The position numbers and the translations under genes were made by a program. Positions 28,901-43,366 of a stretch of 64,000 bases of DNA are shown piece after piece; positions within the stretch are counted from its first letter, which is position 1; every line of letters begins with the position of its first letter. The stretch is taken from NCBI GenBank assembly GCA_951406725.2, contig OX597828.1:4464001-4528000 (forward strand), written 5' to 3'. The notes below the pieces were generated by a model, which saw only the letters and a program-made list of their open reading frames with translations, made no database searches and was not told the DNA's origin. The stretch comes from Octopus vulgaris. Lineage: Eukaryota.

Positions 28901-30117
28901 ATCTTTTATGGAAACTCAAATGGAGAAATAAATTCATGTTTCAGCCAGGAAACACTGGGTAACTGTATTTCACAAGTCTCGTGGTTTTCATTATCACATT
29001 ATCTTTCCTCTCTTAGCTGGTCGAGTGCGCTTCTGGTTGATGAAGCGGTACAACATACACACGCTCACACACACACACGCACACACACACATATACTCAC
29101 ACAAAAACACAAACACACACACACATATATATGCATCAGTTTAGAATTAGACGTTCCATTACTCAGATAGAAAGTTTAACAACTGACTAGCTCGTGTATG
29201 GTTAAAGACTGTTGATAGAGAAATGAATATTATCTTCTGACGTAGGTAATAATATAGGCATATCATAATATGTCATATATCGTATCATAATATAGACATA
29301 TCATAGATAGGTATATATTGTTTAGAGCAAGAGTCTTTTTCCCATTAAACTTACATTCTGTTTACCTAGAGGTTACCTGGCGTATGGTTACAGAAGCACA
29401 AGTGTGTTCAATAAGATAAAATTAGCGGGTGTAGCGAAATAATGAAATGCGTTCATCGACAAGTTGCTGTTGTAGGAAGCCTGAAGTAATTCTTTTCTCT
29501 ACAGCCAATTGTAGTCGTCGAAAAGAAAGCAAGTTAATTACGTAAGATATTCTAATTTAAATTCTGTCAATTTGAAAGCTCAGCCGTTTCGTGTAGATTC
29601 AACAGTGCTCAATAGCGCAAATTGTATAGAAACACTTCACCGTTTTCACTATCGAATCATCCGTTCAGGGAACTACTTATCGTAATTGGCATTGTAAAGA
29701 TAGCCAATTATATCAATCATGGAAAGCAAATTCAAATATTATAGGATAACTAATCACAGATCGTGCTTTATTAACGCTTACGCTATTGTGACAGTTGTAA
29801 AAGTCTTAAAGTTACTTTGCGCACGATATCCATTTCAGACGATAAAGACGTAATTCAATGTCCAGAGATTTAACTATTCACAGAGAATTTCTTGGTGTAT
29901 CCAACAGATATGCACATCGTTTAGCATCGGAGAAATGGTAATATTTATAAACACAGTTATATGCTTGCTTATACCGGCACACAGGCGCATTTAAGCACGC
30001 ACATCTAAACACAGAAACATGCACACGTACAACACGTGCGCGCGCATTCACACAAACATATATATATATGTATATATATATATACAAACATACGCACGGA
30101 TACACAAGGGCAACCCA

Positions 30118-30161
<44 letters not shown>

Positions 30162-30495
30162 GTATATATAGTCAATAATAATAAGGGTAAAATTAATTAA
30201 TTAGTAATTAATAATTTTACCAAGCAGTGTTCAGTATGTAAAAAGACCATTTACGGTATATTTAACATTACTTTGTATAATTAGGGTTCAGCTAAAAAAT
30301 TTTACTTTACCACACACCGGACTTTTAGAAATAGCAGTCAAAGAATTTAGCTATTTCCTCTACTATAAGAAGAGTCTCCCAGACAATGTATACTCAAAAA
30401 CAATGTATACTCAAAAACAGGGAAAAATAACAAAAGATCACTCGTACATCGATTACTTGAGAACGCCGTTTCTGGGTTAGTTAGATATAGAGATG

Positions 30496-31150
30496 CTAGA
30501 AATACATGTCTGAGAGGGCTATTATGAACAGTAGTGGTCCCAAAACAGTGCCTTGCAGAACACCGCTCATTATTTGCGTATCATTGGAGGTAGCCCTATT
30601 CGCTACTACCACCTGACTTCTATCCTTCCAGTTAGCCTTATAGAAATGTAGGCTGGATAGGGTTTGAGTGTCATCTGTGCGGAGTTTATTTTTAGAATCA
30701 TTCCGAGCCATACATTGTCAGTTCTATCATGATATGGTCTGAGAATATTGTCGGTGTTATATTTACGTTGTGGATACTTTCCACAATGTTTACAAAACAG
30801 AGGTCAAGGATATTTTTGTGCTTGGTTGGAGAGAGTATGCTCTGCTCAATGCATAGCATTTTCGTAATATCAAGTAGAGATTCTGTTTGATTTCGCTCTT
30901 TGTTCGTCATTCCTAGGGTTATATTGCCTTCAGACCACCTGATGTTGGGAAAGTTGAAGTCACCCATTCAGGAATATAGTAGTACGTTGATCCAATTGTG
31001 GTAGTACCTCCTTTATCGCACTGTGGCTTTCCTCAAATTTTCCATCACGATTTGAGACATCAGAAGGGCGATATAGTGTGCATAACACTATATCAAGTTG
31101 ATTTAGATGTACTATTAATGTGTCACACACCAAGTTCGAGTTCGATAACA
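30496..31150 (-). pseudogene. CR1-like LINE remnant (APE endonuclease joined by deletion to RT)
   Basis: MGDFNFPNIRW, ILDLCF and FSDH (APE) are directly followed by RSQVVV...SGVLQGTVLGPLLFII (RT). Confidence 0.85.
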
Positions 31151-31319
31151 GGGTTAATGGTGTGACATCTCGAATTTACGTTGCAACTCCACCGTGACGT
31201 TTTTCTTCTGTCTGTACGGACGACAGCATTGGTATGTGTTTCTCCGCATCACTTGTCTGCAAATAGATGTTTCTGTAAGTGCAAGTAATATATATATATA
31301 TATAATATGTATATATATA

Positions 31320-31700
31320 AAGGGAAGGTTTACGAAAATAAACAAAAGACGAAGGCAGGTGGTGTACAAACAAACAGATGTATTAGTATAGAGCTCAGGA
31401 ATGGAAAAAGTATTTTACGTTTCGAGCCTACGCTCTTCTACAGAAAGATACACAGAAAAAAAACAAGGAGACAAAAAATGTGTGTAGTAGCTAACGATCT
31501 ATCATGGCGTCTGACTTCGGACAGAATGGTCAGACGGGAGAGTGGGAAGTAGGGGAGATAACAAGGTCAAGATGACCTCTAATACGAAGGAGCCCCCAAC
31601 ACAAGGGTGCGTGTGTGTATAAGAGAGTATGTATGTGCGTGTGAAAGAGGGATGGTGGTCTGGACGTGCGTGTGTGTATGTATGTGTGGGTGTGGAAATG
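31320..31700 (-). repeat. PLE pseudo-LTR-like repeat with variant hammerhead core
   Basis: Minus strand at 31410-31450 reads TATCTTT-CTGTAGA-A-GAGC-GTAG-GCTC-GAAACGTA-AAATA. Abuts the inverted Penelope RT segment. Confidence 0.6.
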
Positions 31701-32126
31701 TGTCAGTTATGATTTCATTGTAAAAATTTTTTTTATCATGATGTCTAAAAATAGAAGTTGTTCTTTGTTATATTCCATTGTGAATTGAATGTTACTATTT
31801 ATGTCATTTAGTGTTGTTTTGAAATCCAAAAGTTTCTCGATGTTCTCCTTCCAGATGATAAAACAGTCATCCAGGTATCGCTTTCAATTTTCTCCTATGT
31901 AGAGGTAAAATGGGTAACCATATTTCTGAAGTGATACTTCATATAAGGTGAATTCAAAATAACCTATTATTAGGTTCGCAAGAACAGGAGCTGCTTTCGT
32001 CCCCATCGCAATTCTGCATTTCTGACGATAGTATGTGTCATCAAATAGGAAATAATTGTTCTGAAGTATAAATTTTAAGGATTCAATAATAAAGATCTGG
32101 TTTATGCGTTCCGAGAGGACTTCCAT
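31700..32126 (-). pseudogene. Inverted RT core of a Neptune-like Penelope element
   Basis: ILQNNYFLFDDTYYRQKCRIAMGTKAAPVLANL, then *KRYLDDCFIIW, FTMEY and LFLDI on the minus strand. Confidence 0.88.
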
Positions 32127-33420
32127 TTTTAGACATCACGATAAAAAAAGTTAACAATGAAATCATAACTGACATTTATTATAAACCAACTGACTCAAAA
32201 CAATATATTCTTTTTAACTCATGCCACCCGAAACACATAAAAATAAACATCCCTTTTAACTTAGCGAAATGGATCTGCACAATAGTGCCTGATAGAATAA
32301 CTTGGGACCTTCGTCTTCAAGACCTCAAAATAACACTTATTGAAAGACAATAAACACCCTCTCTTATCGACGAGGGAATTAAACGTCCCAAACAATTAGA
32401 CACAAAAACACTAAGAACAAAAAAACATAGCACCACACCGCAAAATAAAGCATTACTTTTTTATATCAACACACAACCCCAGACGCAGTGAGGCATTCAA
32501 CACTATTGTGCAAACTCTCCCTTTACCAACTAGAGATCCAAAAATGAACGACATCCTGAAAACACACAAACTTATCAAATGCAAATAACAAGACAAATCG
32601 CTAAAGAGACTACTAACAAATGCGAAGCTTTACAAAACAACCACGAAACCAACGGTTGGAAAATGTGGACGCCCGAACTGTGGAACCTGCCCCAACCTGC
32701 TTGAAGGTTCGGATTTCCTTTTCAAAGAAGGACAGATGTTCACAATTAAAACTAGTTTCACCTGTGACTCTGAGAACCTAATTTATATAATAACCCGCTC
32801 GGGTTGCGGTCATAAGTACATTGGAGAAACGAGTTTAACTTTGAGAAACAGAATCACTCTGCATAAGGAGCAAATCCGTTTCCCGCAATAGTGAACACAT
32901 AGAAAAATGTGCAGGTAACATCAAACCAAATTTCACAGTCTTCCTTTTCTACCAGTGAAAAGACGCAATCTCTCAACTAGAACGCTTAAATAAAGAAACT
33001 TATTTCATTGAAAAATACAAAACACGTCTTAATATGCACGCATAACCAACTTTTATATTTTTACATATTACATCACTGTACATAAATCCCCTACTAAACA
33101 ATGTATTTTTTAAAAACCTGTCTCTTTTCTGTACACATATTTATTCCCCGCCCAAAACCTGAACAGTTAGCTCCCTTACACACAAAAATAACAACAATAA
33201 CAGCCAATTACCTCCCTTTATTTGTTTACTTGTAAAGTCATTCACTCGTGAATTTCATCACACACAACATGGACCAAATTTCTTCTTAAGAAAAAAATAT
33301 ATATTCATATAAATTAAACATTATATCATGAATAGCGATAGCGAAACCGGTCGATATATTAAAAATTATATTAAAACCATGTAAGTGTGCGTATTTTCCT
33401 TTTTTTAATTTCTTATATAC
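32127..33420 (+). mobile_element. Neptune-like Penelope element 3' half (thumb, Zn finger, GIY-YIG, pLTR)
   Basis: FLDI...IYYKPTDSKQY..FNSCHPKHIKINIPFNLA, KCGRPNCGTCP, LIYIITRSGCGHKYIGET. Decayed hammerhead (GAAACCGGTC) at 33322-33357. Confidence 0.88.
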
Positions 33421-33465
33421 ATTACAACCCACCACGTGGGGACAACCGAAATTCCTCTTTTCTGT

Positions 33466-33527
<62 letters not shown>

Positions 33528-33705
33528 TATATAATTAAACGTGCCAAACAATTAGACACAAAACACTAAGAACAAAAGAACATAGCACCACACAGCAAAA
33601 CAAAGCATCACTTTTTATATCAACACACCACCCCAGAAGCAGTAAAGGGCAACGGGAAACTCAGAGTAACAGGTTTTGTTGAATCTTCTGCTGCTTTAAA
33701 TAAAG

Positions 33706-33768
<63 letters not shown>

Positions 33769-34012
33769 ATGTGTATGTATATATATATACATATTATAAT
33801 ATATACATATATAATACATATATAATATACATACATATATATATATAACACATATATATAATATATATATATATAATATATGTATATATATATATATTTA
33901 TATAAGATACATATATGTATATTATATATATATATATATACATATACATGATATATATTTGCATGATATATGTATACATGGTATATATATATATACATAT
34001 ATATATATAAAT

Positions 34013-34045
<33 letters not shown>

Positions 34046-34082
34046 CATACATACATGCACACATGCGTAATACATATACATA

Positions 34083-34385
34083 CTGGCACTCCGTCGATTA
34101 CGACGACGAGAGTTCCAGTTGATCCGATCAACGCAACAGCTTGCTCGTGTAATTAACGTGCAAATGGCTGCGCGCAGCACAGTCATGCGTACCCTTAATA
34201 TGCTTCACTGCTAATTTCAGGGTGACACAGAATGCGCAGGGCTGGCTCTTTTCAAATGGAGTTGCTACTCATTTTTGCCAGGTGAGTCGACTGGAGCAAC
34301 CTGATATAAAGTATCTTACTCAAGGACACAACGAACTAACAATCGTGAGTAGAATACCCTAACCACTAAGCCACGTACCTTCACA
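34083..34385 (-). mobile_element. tRNA-derived SINE (family 4)
   Basis: Minus strand GTGGCTTAGTGGTTAGGGTATTC; homologous to 20570-20880. Confidence 0.75.
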
Positions 34386-34435
34386 CACACACACACACAC
34401 ACATACACGCACATACACAAACACACATATATATA

Positions 34436-36030
34436 CAGTTGCGGCCAAAATGTTCAGAACGGCATTGTTTTCGTCAGAAAAGTAGGTATAAGTTTTTATC
34501 AAAGTTGTTTTATATAAAATAAATACAATGTTAATTGTTATTGTCTGAGATTTTAGTGTAATTTGAGATGATAATACAAAAGTAATGGATGATTTAGTGA
34601 TTTACTGCAAAACCCATGCCGGCCAAAATGATCAGAACGGTTGAAAAAATAACAAAATAATCAAAAACGACAGAGAATACTGGAATTATTTAATATTTAG
34701 TGTGAAGCCCTTTAGCTTCAATCACACTCTGACATCTTCGACTGCATGAGGAAATTAAATTTTCAATTTCTTGTTGGGTGATCTTATTCCATTCTTCCTA
34801 AAGGGCATTCCATAATTGCTCAGTTGTTTTAGGATTTCTGGCTTTCGAACGTTCTCCTAGAATATTCCACACATTTTCAATAGGATTGAGATCTGGGCTT
34901 TGAGCTGGCCAATCCATAACAATAACCTTTTCAGCCTTGAGGAAGTTCATGACCACCTTAGCCTTGTGACACGGGGCATTGTCCTGCATGAATATGGATG
35001 GTGGCTTAGTTGAATTTCTCAGCACAGGCAAGACATCATCTTTTACAAGTTGTTTATAAACTCCTGCACTTAACTTTCCATGTAATCGCACCAAAGGGCC
35101 CACACCATCTCCAGATATCATTCCCCAAACCATGACACTTCCTATACCGAATTTAACACTAGTCTTAGGGCATTTAGGCAACAGTTTTTCGCCTACGAAC
35201 GTACCTTTTCCCATCTGAGCCAAATAGCATAAACTTAGATTCATCACTGAAATGCACCGTTTGCCATTTTTCTTGAGACCACAACACATGTTCGGTTGCA
35301 AAGGTAAGACGACACTTTTTATTCTTGGGGCTGATTCAGTGGCTTCACTGCAGGTGCTTTTGCTTGTAGGTCATGTTCAACTAAACGACGAGACGCAGTT
35401 TTTCGAGATAAAGTTTTCTTCAGTACAATGCTCATTTTCCGAGAAACAGCAGTTTTAAATCTGTCCTTTTTAACCAACTTTACCACAGCACGACCTTCTC
35501 TCTTAATCGTTTTTCTTTGCCTACCTGAAAACCTTCTTGCTTCCCACGAACCACAATCATCGTAGACCTTAAGAATACCGTGTACAACACTTTTTAGATC
35601 CAATAGATCCAATAGATCCAATACTTAAATTATCCTTCCTTCGAAGCTTAATAATCTGCTGACGAATTGGTAACGGAGTAAGTGGCATTATATTAACAAA
35701 GTACACTGCAAATATTCTTACTAATGCTTAGTAAACGAACCGTCATGTAAACAAATTCAAAACATTAGAGTTCGCCGGTTAAATATAATAAAACACGGAG
35801 TAAAAACAAACGTTCTGATCATTTTGGCCGCCATGGGTTTTGCAGTAAATCACTAAATCATCCATAACGTTTGTATTATCCCCTCAAATTACGCCAAAAT
35901 CTCAGGCAATAGCAATTCATATCGTATTTATTGTCTGTGAAAATCATAGAATATAAAACAACGTTGATAAAAACTTATACCTACTTTTCTGACGAAAACA
36001 ATGCCGTTCTGAACATTTTGGTCGCAACTG
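34436..36030 (-). mobile_element. Tc1-family DNA transposon, full length, IR/DR-type TIRs, TA TSD
   Basis: TA|CAGTTGCGGCCAAAATGTTCAGAACG...CGTTCTGAACATTTTGGTCGCAACTG|TA. TIRs of ~205-220 bp (34436-34639, 35811-36030), each with two copies of a GGCCAAAATG(T/A)TCAGAACG-like motif. Confidence 0.95.
34695..35688 (-). pseudogene. Tc1 transposase pseudogene (DD34E)
   Basis: GSVMVWG, FMQDNAPCHKAK, WPAQSPDLNPIENVW. N-terminal SGRQRK linker. Stops and frameshifts. Confidence 0.92.
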
Positions 36031-37988
36031 TATATACATATGTATGCATGCATGAATGTATGTATGTATGTTTGAATGTGTGGCAACATGACCAAATTTC
36101 AATTCCAGCTATCAATAAAATATGCAAATATACCCATTATAGAAGCGTTCCCTCTGCAGAGACCAAACAATGTGAACCCAGCTACAAGGTATCAAAATAA
36201 GGAGTGCGATAATGTATGCTGTTATCCATTTGATGAAGTATATTGAACTGGACATAAAAGAATTGAATGCAAACTTAGGCTACAGCCAAAATCATATATT
36301 GTTTGGTTAAATTTATAATACACAGTCACACATATATGTCTGCCATATATACACACAAATATTTATTCACGCTCACACACATACACACACACCAACTAAT
36401 TTAATAATAAATAGAACAAAAAAAAACATCGCTCATTAGAAGTTTACTGTTATTGCGAATCAGCTGGTAATTCAGTGTATTATCATTGAAGCTTTGGACA
36501 CGTACAGTTAGCATACAATCAGTTAGACATTGCTAACAAAGTCCTTTTAAACCCGTGATTGGAAGTGGTGTTTCAATAGTCAAAGTGAGTAATTCATTCA
36601 AATAATTACGTGACAGATAGAATCTATTGCTTGTAGCTCTGCAATGATACCGAGAGGGTACTCATTTGAAACCTGTACATTTATAGTTAACCGTTCGCTA
36701 TATTTGTTAGAACTGATGAGTGAGGAATCGAGTAAATAGTCAGAATGTGTGGAAGATTTCCAAGGGAAATGTTTTTTTTTTAATCGGCTCAGTAATATAA
36801 TTAATTATTTCAGTATCTACAGCTTTTCATACCACTTCATTAAGCTATATTAACGACCACCATTTTATTGTAAGTCTTTCATATCCTAAGTCTCTGAACT
36901 TACAGTGGGATATAAAATTCTCTTTATCGTTTCAATTAAATAATGCATTAATTGCTCTTAGTTAGAACTTACAATCGACCACACCCGAGATATCACAACA
37001 GTATGCCAGTAAATTTCGAAATCTGACTAACAACTGAAACAAATGTGGCTGAATAAACGAGAGATATATCGACCTTCAGCATCATTTTCGGACAATATCG
37101 AAAAGAACTGAATAAGGCACACTGCGAACATTCATAATTTTTGAAACTCACTCCACGTCACTTTTCTCCTGAAGACTTCATAACCATTGAAATAACTTCT
37201 CCAATATAAAATGAATAATTTGGATAGTGTCTCTCCGTTCCTAAGCTTACAATTGCCAATACTGTTTCAGTAAAAGTTTACTTATACATAAAAAACTTGC
37301 AGTATCTATCAATAGAAAAAAATGTCTCACCTGGGAGGAAATGGCTTTTAATCTCTTCCGCCCGTATTGACTACAGCTAAACTATATCGGTCATTCAACC
37401 TCACTTGCAACCTAACGCTATCAAATTCATTTAATCCCATGTAAAAAGTTATGTGATTGATGTGTTCATAATCCCCTGATTGTTGAGTACTGAGCTACTG
37501 ATCCACGTCAAGATTCCATCCATTATATGCAGTTTGTAATACAATGAATTAAGGTTGTTGAATATATTATGTCACATATCGCCGCCAAATTAGCGCTAAC
37601 ATCCTCTCAATATCCTATCAACCTCCTGTCCAAATCACGTTGGCTGATAAATAATACATAAAGAGTTTACCTTGTGCTGCTCTGATGGCAAGAATACCAC
37701 TTGACGTGAGATGTCCACTAGAGGCATTAACAACCATAAGGCATCTTGAATATTTTTGAATCCTTCCTACCAGCCTCGTTATATTTGATAAACATACGCC
37801 TGCGTATGTTTAGGTAATTTATAATTAACTAAATCATGTAGTGATTTCGATTATTTATCCTCCCATATGCAATGTGTATGTGTGTGCGTCTGTGTGCGTG
37901 TGCGTCTGTGTGCGTGTGCGTCTGTGTGCGTGTGCGTGCCTGCTTGTGTGTGTGTATGCATGCATGTATATATACATGTGCATGTGTG

Positions 37989-38026
<38 letters not shown>

Positions 38027-39144
38027 CGTGCGTATCTGCTTAAAAGATTTTCATCTTTGAGGTACGTACAAATATTTCACCAAGGTTGTTGTACTTCACG
38101 GTGTTTACATCTTCCTTGTATTTGGCGTGGATAGATAAATACATAGATAAATAGATAGAAAGATAGATAGATACATACATACATACATACATACATACAT
38201 ACATACATACACACATCCAATGCACTCGCACGTATAAATGAATGTATTGTCTATGCATGCATGTATACATTTAGGCATGTATACATACATGTATTGAATG
38301 CCTCGGCATGAATTGTAGTAAACATTGTTTATTTTAATTTTATTATACATACGCAGTGTCATATACCATACTCCAACATATCTTATGGCAATTAACGTTA
38401 AATTGTTTTAGTAAAATTGATGAAATACTGATAATATTTCTGAGTTATTTTCTGAATAGTGTCTATTATTGTTGACTGAAATAGATCAGGAAGGATAAGC
38501 CAGGAAGTTTAAGCAAACGTCCATATTAAACATAATATGACAAACAAAATTATTAACCATAACACGATAATCAACGAAGATACCATTGTAACATTTCAGG
38601 CTTAAAATTTTCGTTTTTTTGTATATACTTTGTATGATTAGGATAAAAAATTCATTAGGTGAACGTCGTTTGATAGAATGCTATCAACCACAAGCATATT
38701 TTAGTCGATACAAACACAGATGTAAACAAGAATGTTTTGATATGCACAACTGATTCGGATTATACAAGTCATAACTAATTTCTACACCAAAAGAATCGAA
38801 TAGAAAAATACTATATATAAGCAGAAAAAATGTGTGGGTGGTTGCGGTGGTGGTGCAGTAAGTATAAATTCAAATTGTACATTACAAGAGCACAGTTTTG
38901 CATATTGTTCTGTATGAATAATGGTATATATAAATTGACAAATAGAATAATAATTCACTTTAAAAAGATCGAAGCTTATCCTAAAAAACGAATGCTAATA
39001 AACTCTATCAGCAACGGCAATCACTTAAGCGAAAAGACCAACAATTCAACAACAATAACATGTGGAACAAAAAGAAGACACCTGAAAAAAAAAACGGATA
39101 TAAATTCATAGAACACACACACATACTAGACGTACACACAAATA

Positions 39145-39202
<58 letters not shown>

Positions 39203-40289
39203 CTCATTCGCACACACACACACGTGCGCGTGTATATTTGGTAATATATATCTATGTATATACGTATATAATTGAGGTATAAAGCGTTATGTAAATATAC
39301 GAATAGAGAGATATACGCTAGTCTGGTGTGAATGTAAGTGCTTGCGTGTGTTGAGAATGCTAAAGGAATCTGAATCGAAAAAAATAAGTCGAGTATTGAA
39401 ATGTCGAAATGAAAAAAAAATCAAACGTAAATATAGCAACATATAAGAAAACTAACAGAGATGTGTAATGAAAAGCCAAAGGGAAAATAACTAAAGCAAG
39501 AGTGTGAAAACTACGTTGGAAGAGAAGGGAGAAAGAAAAAAAATCGATTAAAATACTACAAGCGCAAACATTATAGAAAGAAATAAGGAAACTGTATGTG
39601 CATTTTAAGGATTCTTCAACACACTTGGACATCTCTTAGTTATTCATTTATTCTGACAAATTATGCAACATACCACGCTGCTACCTCAAGGCATTCTTTT
39701 TATATATTCATTTGGTCGTCACTATCAAATATTTAACAGAACTACATTCGTATATCTCACAAGTAGAAAATCAAAGTATAAAACAAACTCATATTTGTAA
39801 ACATTTACACACCCCACACATATATATGTATCTATAAGTAGATGTGAAGACATTTTAAGGAATTGTTAGGTGTACTGATGTATCTGTATGCCTGTTTTTG
39901 TATGTGTGTATGTGGGTGCATCTGAGAGAGAGAGTGTGTGTGTGTATGTGTGTGTACATGGGTGAGGGCTCGTATTTATACAAATTTCAGATCTTTCAGA
40001 TTCCCGTTAGATGATTTAGCTGCATTCAGATTAAAAGGTAAGTCCTTATTGGCTTTGGGTAAGCTAGACTCCGATTCGGAAGATCAGGTAAAATTGTTGT
40101 ATATGGCTAACCAGATACCTACATGGTGTTAAACAATCTACTAAGGGAGGTAAGTCAGTCTCCGCTAACACTCTTTGAAATGCATTTAGCCATTTCATCT
40201 CAAATGTGTTGCTTCCCTGATTGAATTCGTCAATTTACAAATTCAACATTGAACAGAAAATAAAATAAAATAAGGAATACCAAACTTAT

Positions 40290-40622
<333 letters not shown>

Positions 40623-40639
40623 CCAGTGTAGGGCTTGTG

Positions 40640-41530
40640 TAGGATGAAAGATTGCAAAGATAAAGCACGGTACAAGTAATTGAAAACGAATGAAACTGAA
40701 AGAAGGTAGGTAAAGAAAAGAATACATGGACAATTTCATAGGGATGCTGAAGGTAAGACAGACAGAGAAAAAAGATGGTTGTGGATGACTAAAATGATTT
40801 AAAACCAGAAACGGGTACTCTAATCTGTGCTGCCCAAGAGCAAGCTCTATCAAGCTACATAACATACAGAATAGACAACACACCAGAAAAATGATAAGTG
40901 CAGAATCTGTAGACAAAATGGTGAAACCGTTATGGCATAATACCAGCCAATGTACGCCACTAGCCCAGAAGGAATATAAGAGACGCCACGACAATATAGC
41001 AAGGCTTGTACAGAGGACACTTTGCAGCAAGTATGGACAGTGCAAAAAATTGGTACGACCACAAACCCGAAGACATCGTCGAAAATGATAATGCAAAGAT
41101 CCTGTGTGATTTTATATTTCAGTGCGACCTTGAGATAGAGAATAGGAAGCCAGACATAGTTTTATTTGAAAAAGAAAGCAAACTGTGCTGGATCATAGAT
41201 ATAGCATGCCCAGCTGACAACGAGGGATGCGATAAGGAAGAAAGAAATGTCGATAGATATGGCAGGTGAACTTAAGCAGTTGTGGTCGATGAAAAAAAAA
41301 AGGTAGTAGTAGTACCAATAATTGTTGGAGCCCTGGGAAGAGTGAGTAAAAATCTTGAGAGGTACATGGAACAAGTAGGGGCTGCAATAAGGGTAGAGCA
41401 CTTACAGAAAAAAGCACTGCTTGAAACCGCTCAAATAATCCAGAAGGTGCTCGAAAAATGAGAGGTGTTACTTTAGTTCACTGGTAGTGAACAGCTGACA
41501 CCGTAGTACATCTCCAGCGTTAGAAGCTAT
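40640..41530 (+). pseudogene. Older R4/Dong-like RLE element, 3' fragment
   Basis: LICAAQEQAL, YKRRHDNIAR, NRKPDIVL, IIDIACPAD and IIVGALG. (GAT)/(AAT) repeats follow. Confidence 0.8.
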
Positions 41531-41586
41531 GCAAAGCAATGATGATTATGACGACGACGTTGATGATGATGATGATGATGATAATA

Positions 41587-41646
<60 letters not shown>

Positions 41647-41865
41647 TTCATTTAATATTTCAATCTGGTTGCTGAATATTGTTGGTATAACAATGGGACA
41701 TGTTTTCGTAGAGCCTTTGTACAAAATTATTCAACATATGCTTATAAATTTTAGCTAGAAGGTAATTTCAGAATCGCAAAGGGTTTACCAAAATATACAT
41801 GACAAATACCTATGCACAACATATCAACAACATCAGCATTATTAGGAGCGGCAGCAACAGGTGCG

Positions 41866-42057
41866 GCAAGAAGAAGAAGAAGAAGAAGAAGAAGAAGAAG
41901 AAGAAGAAGAAGCAGAAGCAGAAGAAGAAGAAGAAGAAGAAGAAGAAGAAGAAGAAGAAGAAGAAGAAGAAGAAGAAGAACAACAACAACAACAACAACA
42001 ACAACAGCAGCAACAGCGACAGCAGCAGCAACAGCAGCAGATGTAGCAACAGCAGCG
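41866..42057 (+). repeat. Compound (AAG)n(AAC)n(CAG)n trinucleotide microsatellite
   Basis: Direct reading. Confidence 0.95.
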
Positions 42058-42429
42058 ATTTATTAGCATTACCACCATCGACTCGAGTATGATCAGATTT
42101 GCATGACACTGAAAGTACATCCTTCTATATCGTCCATAGTATGCATATTTCCACGTCCTTTACACCCCTTGCTTTCTGATCGATCTATGTCTTCGCAAGG
42201 CAATGACATATCAGTCCAAAGTGGTGTGTCGCAAACACCCTCCTCGTAGCGTCTCAAGATTGTCCAGCAAAACTAAATATTCTATTTAGAATACAAACCG
42301 TTACATTTGCTTTCTGTATAATATTTCATTATCATGACGCAAATTCCAGAACTGATTAAAAATGGCTGGAAGTATTCTCATATCGGCACCATCCAAAATA
42401 GTTTCAAGAGTTGGTTAGGCCCAACAATT

Positions 42430-42700
42430 AACACTCCGTCGGTTACGACGACAACAACCTGCTCGTGAAATTTACTTGCAAGTGGTTGAGTACTCCACAG
42501 ACACTAGTGTCAGTAAATTAGTTCTCGGTGATATTCAGCATAACACAATATGACAAGGCCGGACCTTTGAAATGCAAGTACAACTCATTTTTGCAAACCG
42601 AATAGACTGGGGAAACATGAAATAAAGCATCCTTCTCAAAGACACAACCCGTCGCCGGGTAGGAAACTCACGATCGTGAGCAGAATAATCCAATCACTAA
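42430..42700 (-). mobile_element. Degenerate SINE family 4
   Basis: cactccgtcggttacgacgac...ctcgtgaaattt...caagtggttgagtactccacagacac; homologous to 34083-34385. Confidence 0.7.
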
Positions 42701-43312
42701 ATCACTAAGGATCAATGAAGAACGATAAAGCAATCATTATTGACGAACTAACGAAGTATTGGACAATCTAATTAAAATCAACGAAAGAAAATCACTAGGT
42801 GGAAACGATCAAGAAAGATGCGAAAGTACTCCTTGAAAATTAGGGTTAAGGTCGAAATATATCTTTTGAGGGAAAAAATGTATTTCTTGAGAGTGTCCAT
42901 ATGTTATTCAAATTTGCTATATCCTACCGCTGTGTACAGAAAAGCTTTTGTATGATGATATGGCTAATGCTAGAATGATTTATTCAAGGGCATGTGCCCT
43001 CAGAATCCAGATCATTGACAAGCTGTTACTCATTACTTAAAGTAAGCAAAAACAAAGAAACGGATTGATCGCTCAATCAAATGGAAGGAGTTTCAGTGAC
43101 ATGCAAATCTGAGCAATCTCGACTGGGTGTGTATGATGATGTTGTTGATGATGATGATGATGATGATGACGGCGAAAAAGCAAATGATAACGATGACCAT
43201 ATTGCTATATGAGTATATATATATTTGTGACGTGTATTGTGGAAGTATTATTGCATCTAAACGCACATTTTAAACAGTTATAAACCTATGTTGAATATAT
43301 ATATATATATAC

Positions 43313-43366
<54 letters not shown>

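Noticed and set aside
36713-36750. CTGATGA hammerhead core word
   Set aside because: No stem II, GAAA or stem I pairing nearby.
41799-42120. Poly-E/Q/K/R ORFs suggesting a low-complexity protein exon
   Set aside because: Open in nearly all frames because of trinucleotide repeats; no supporting splice or domain evidence.
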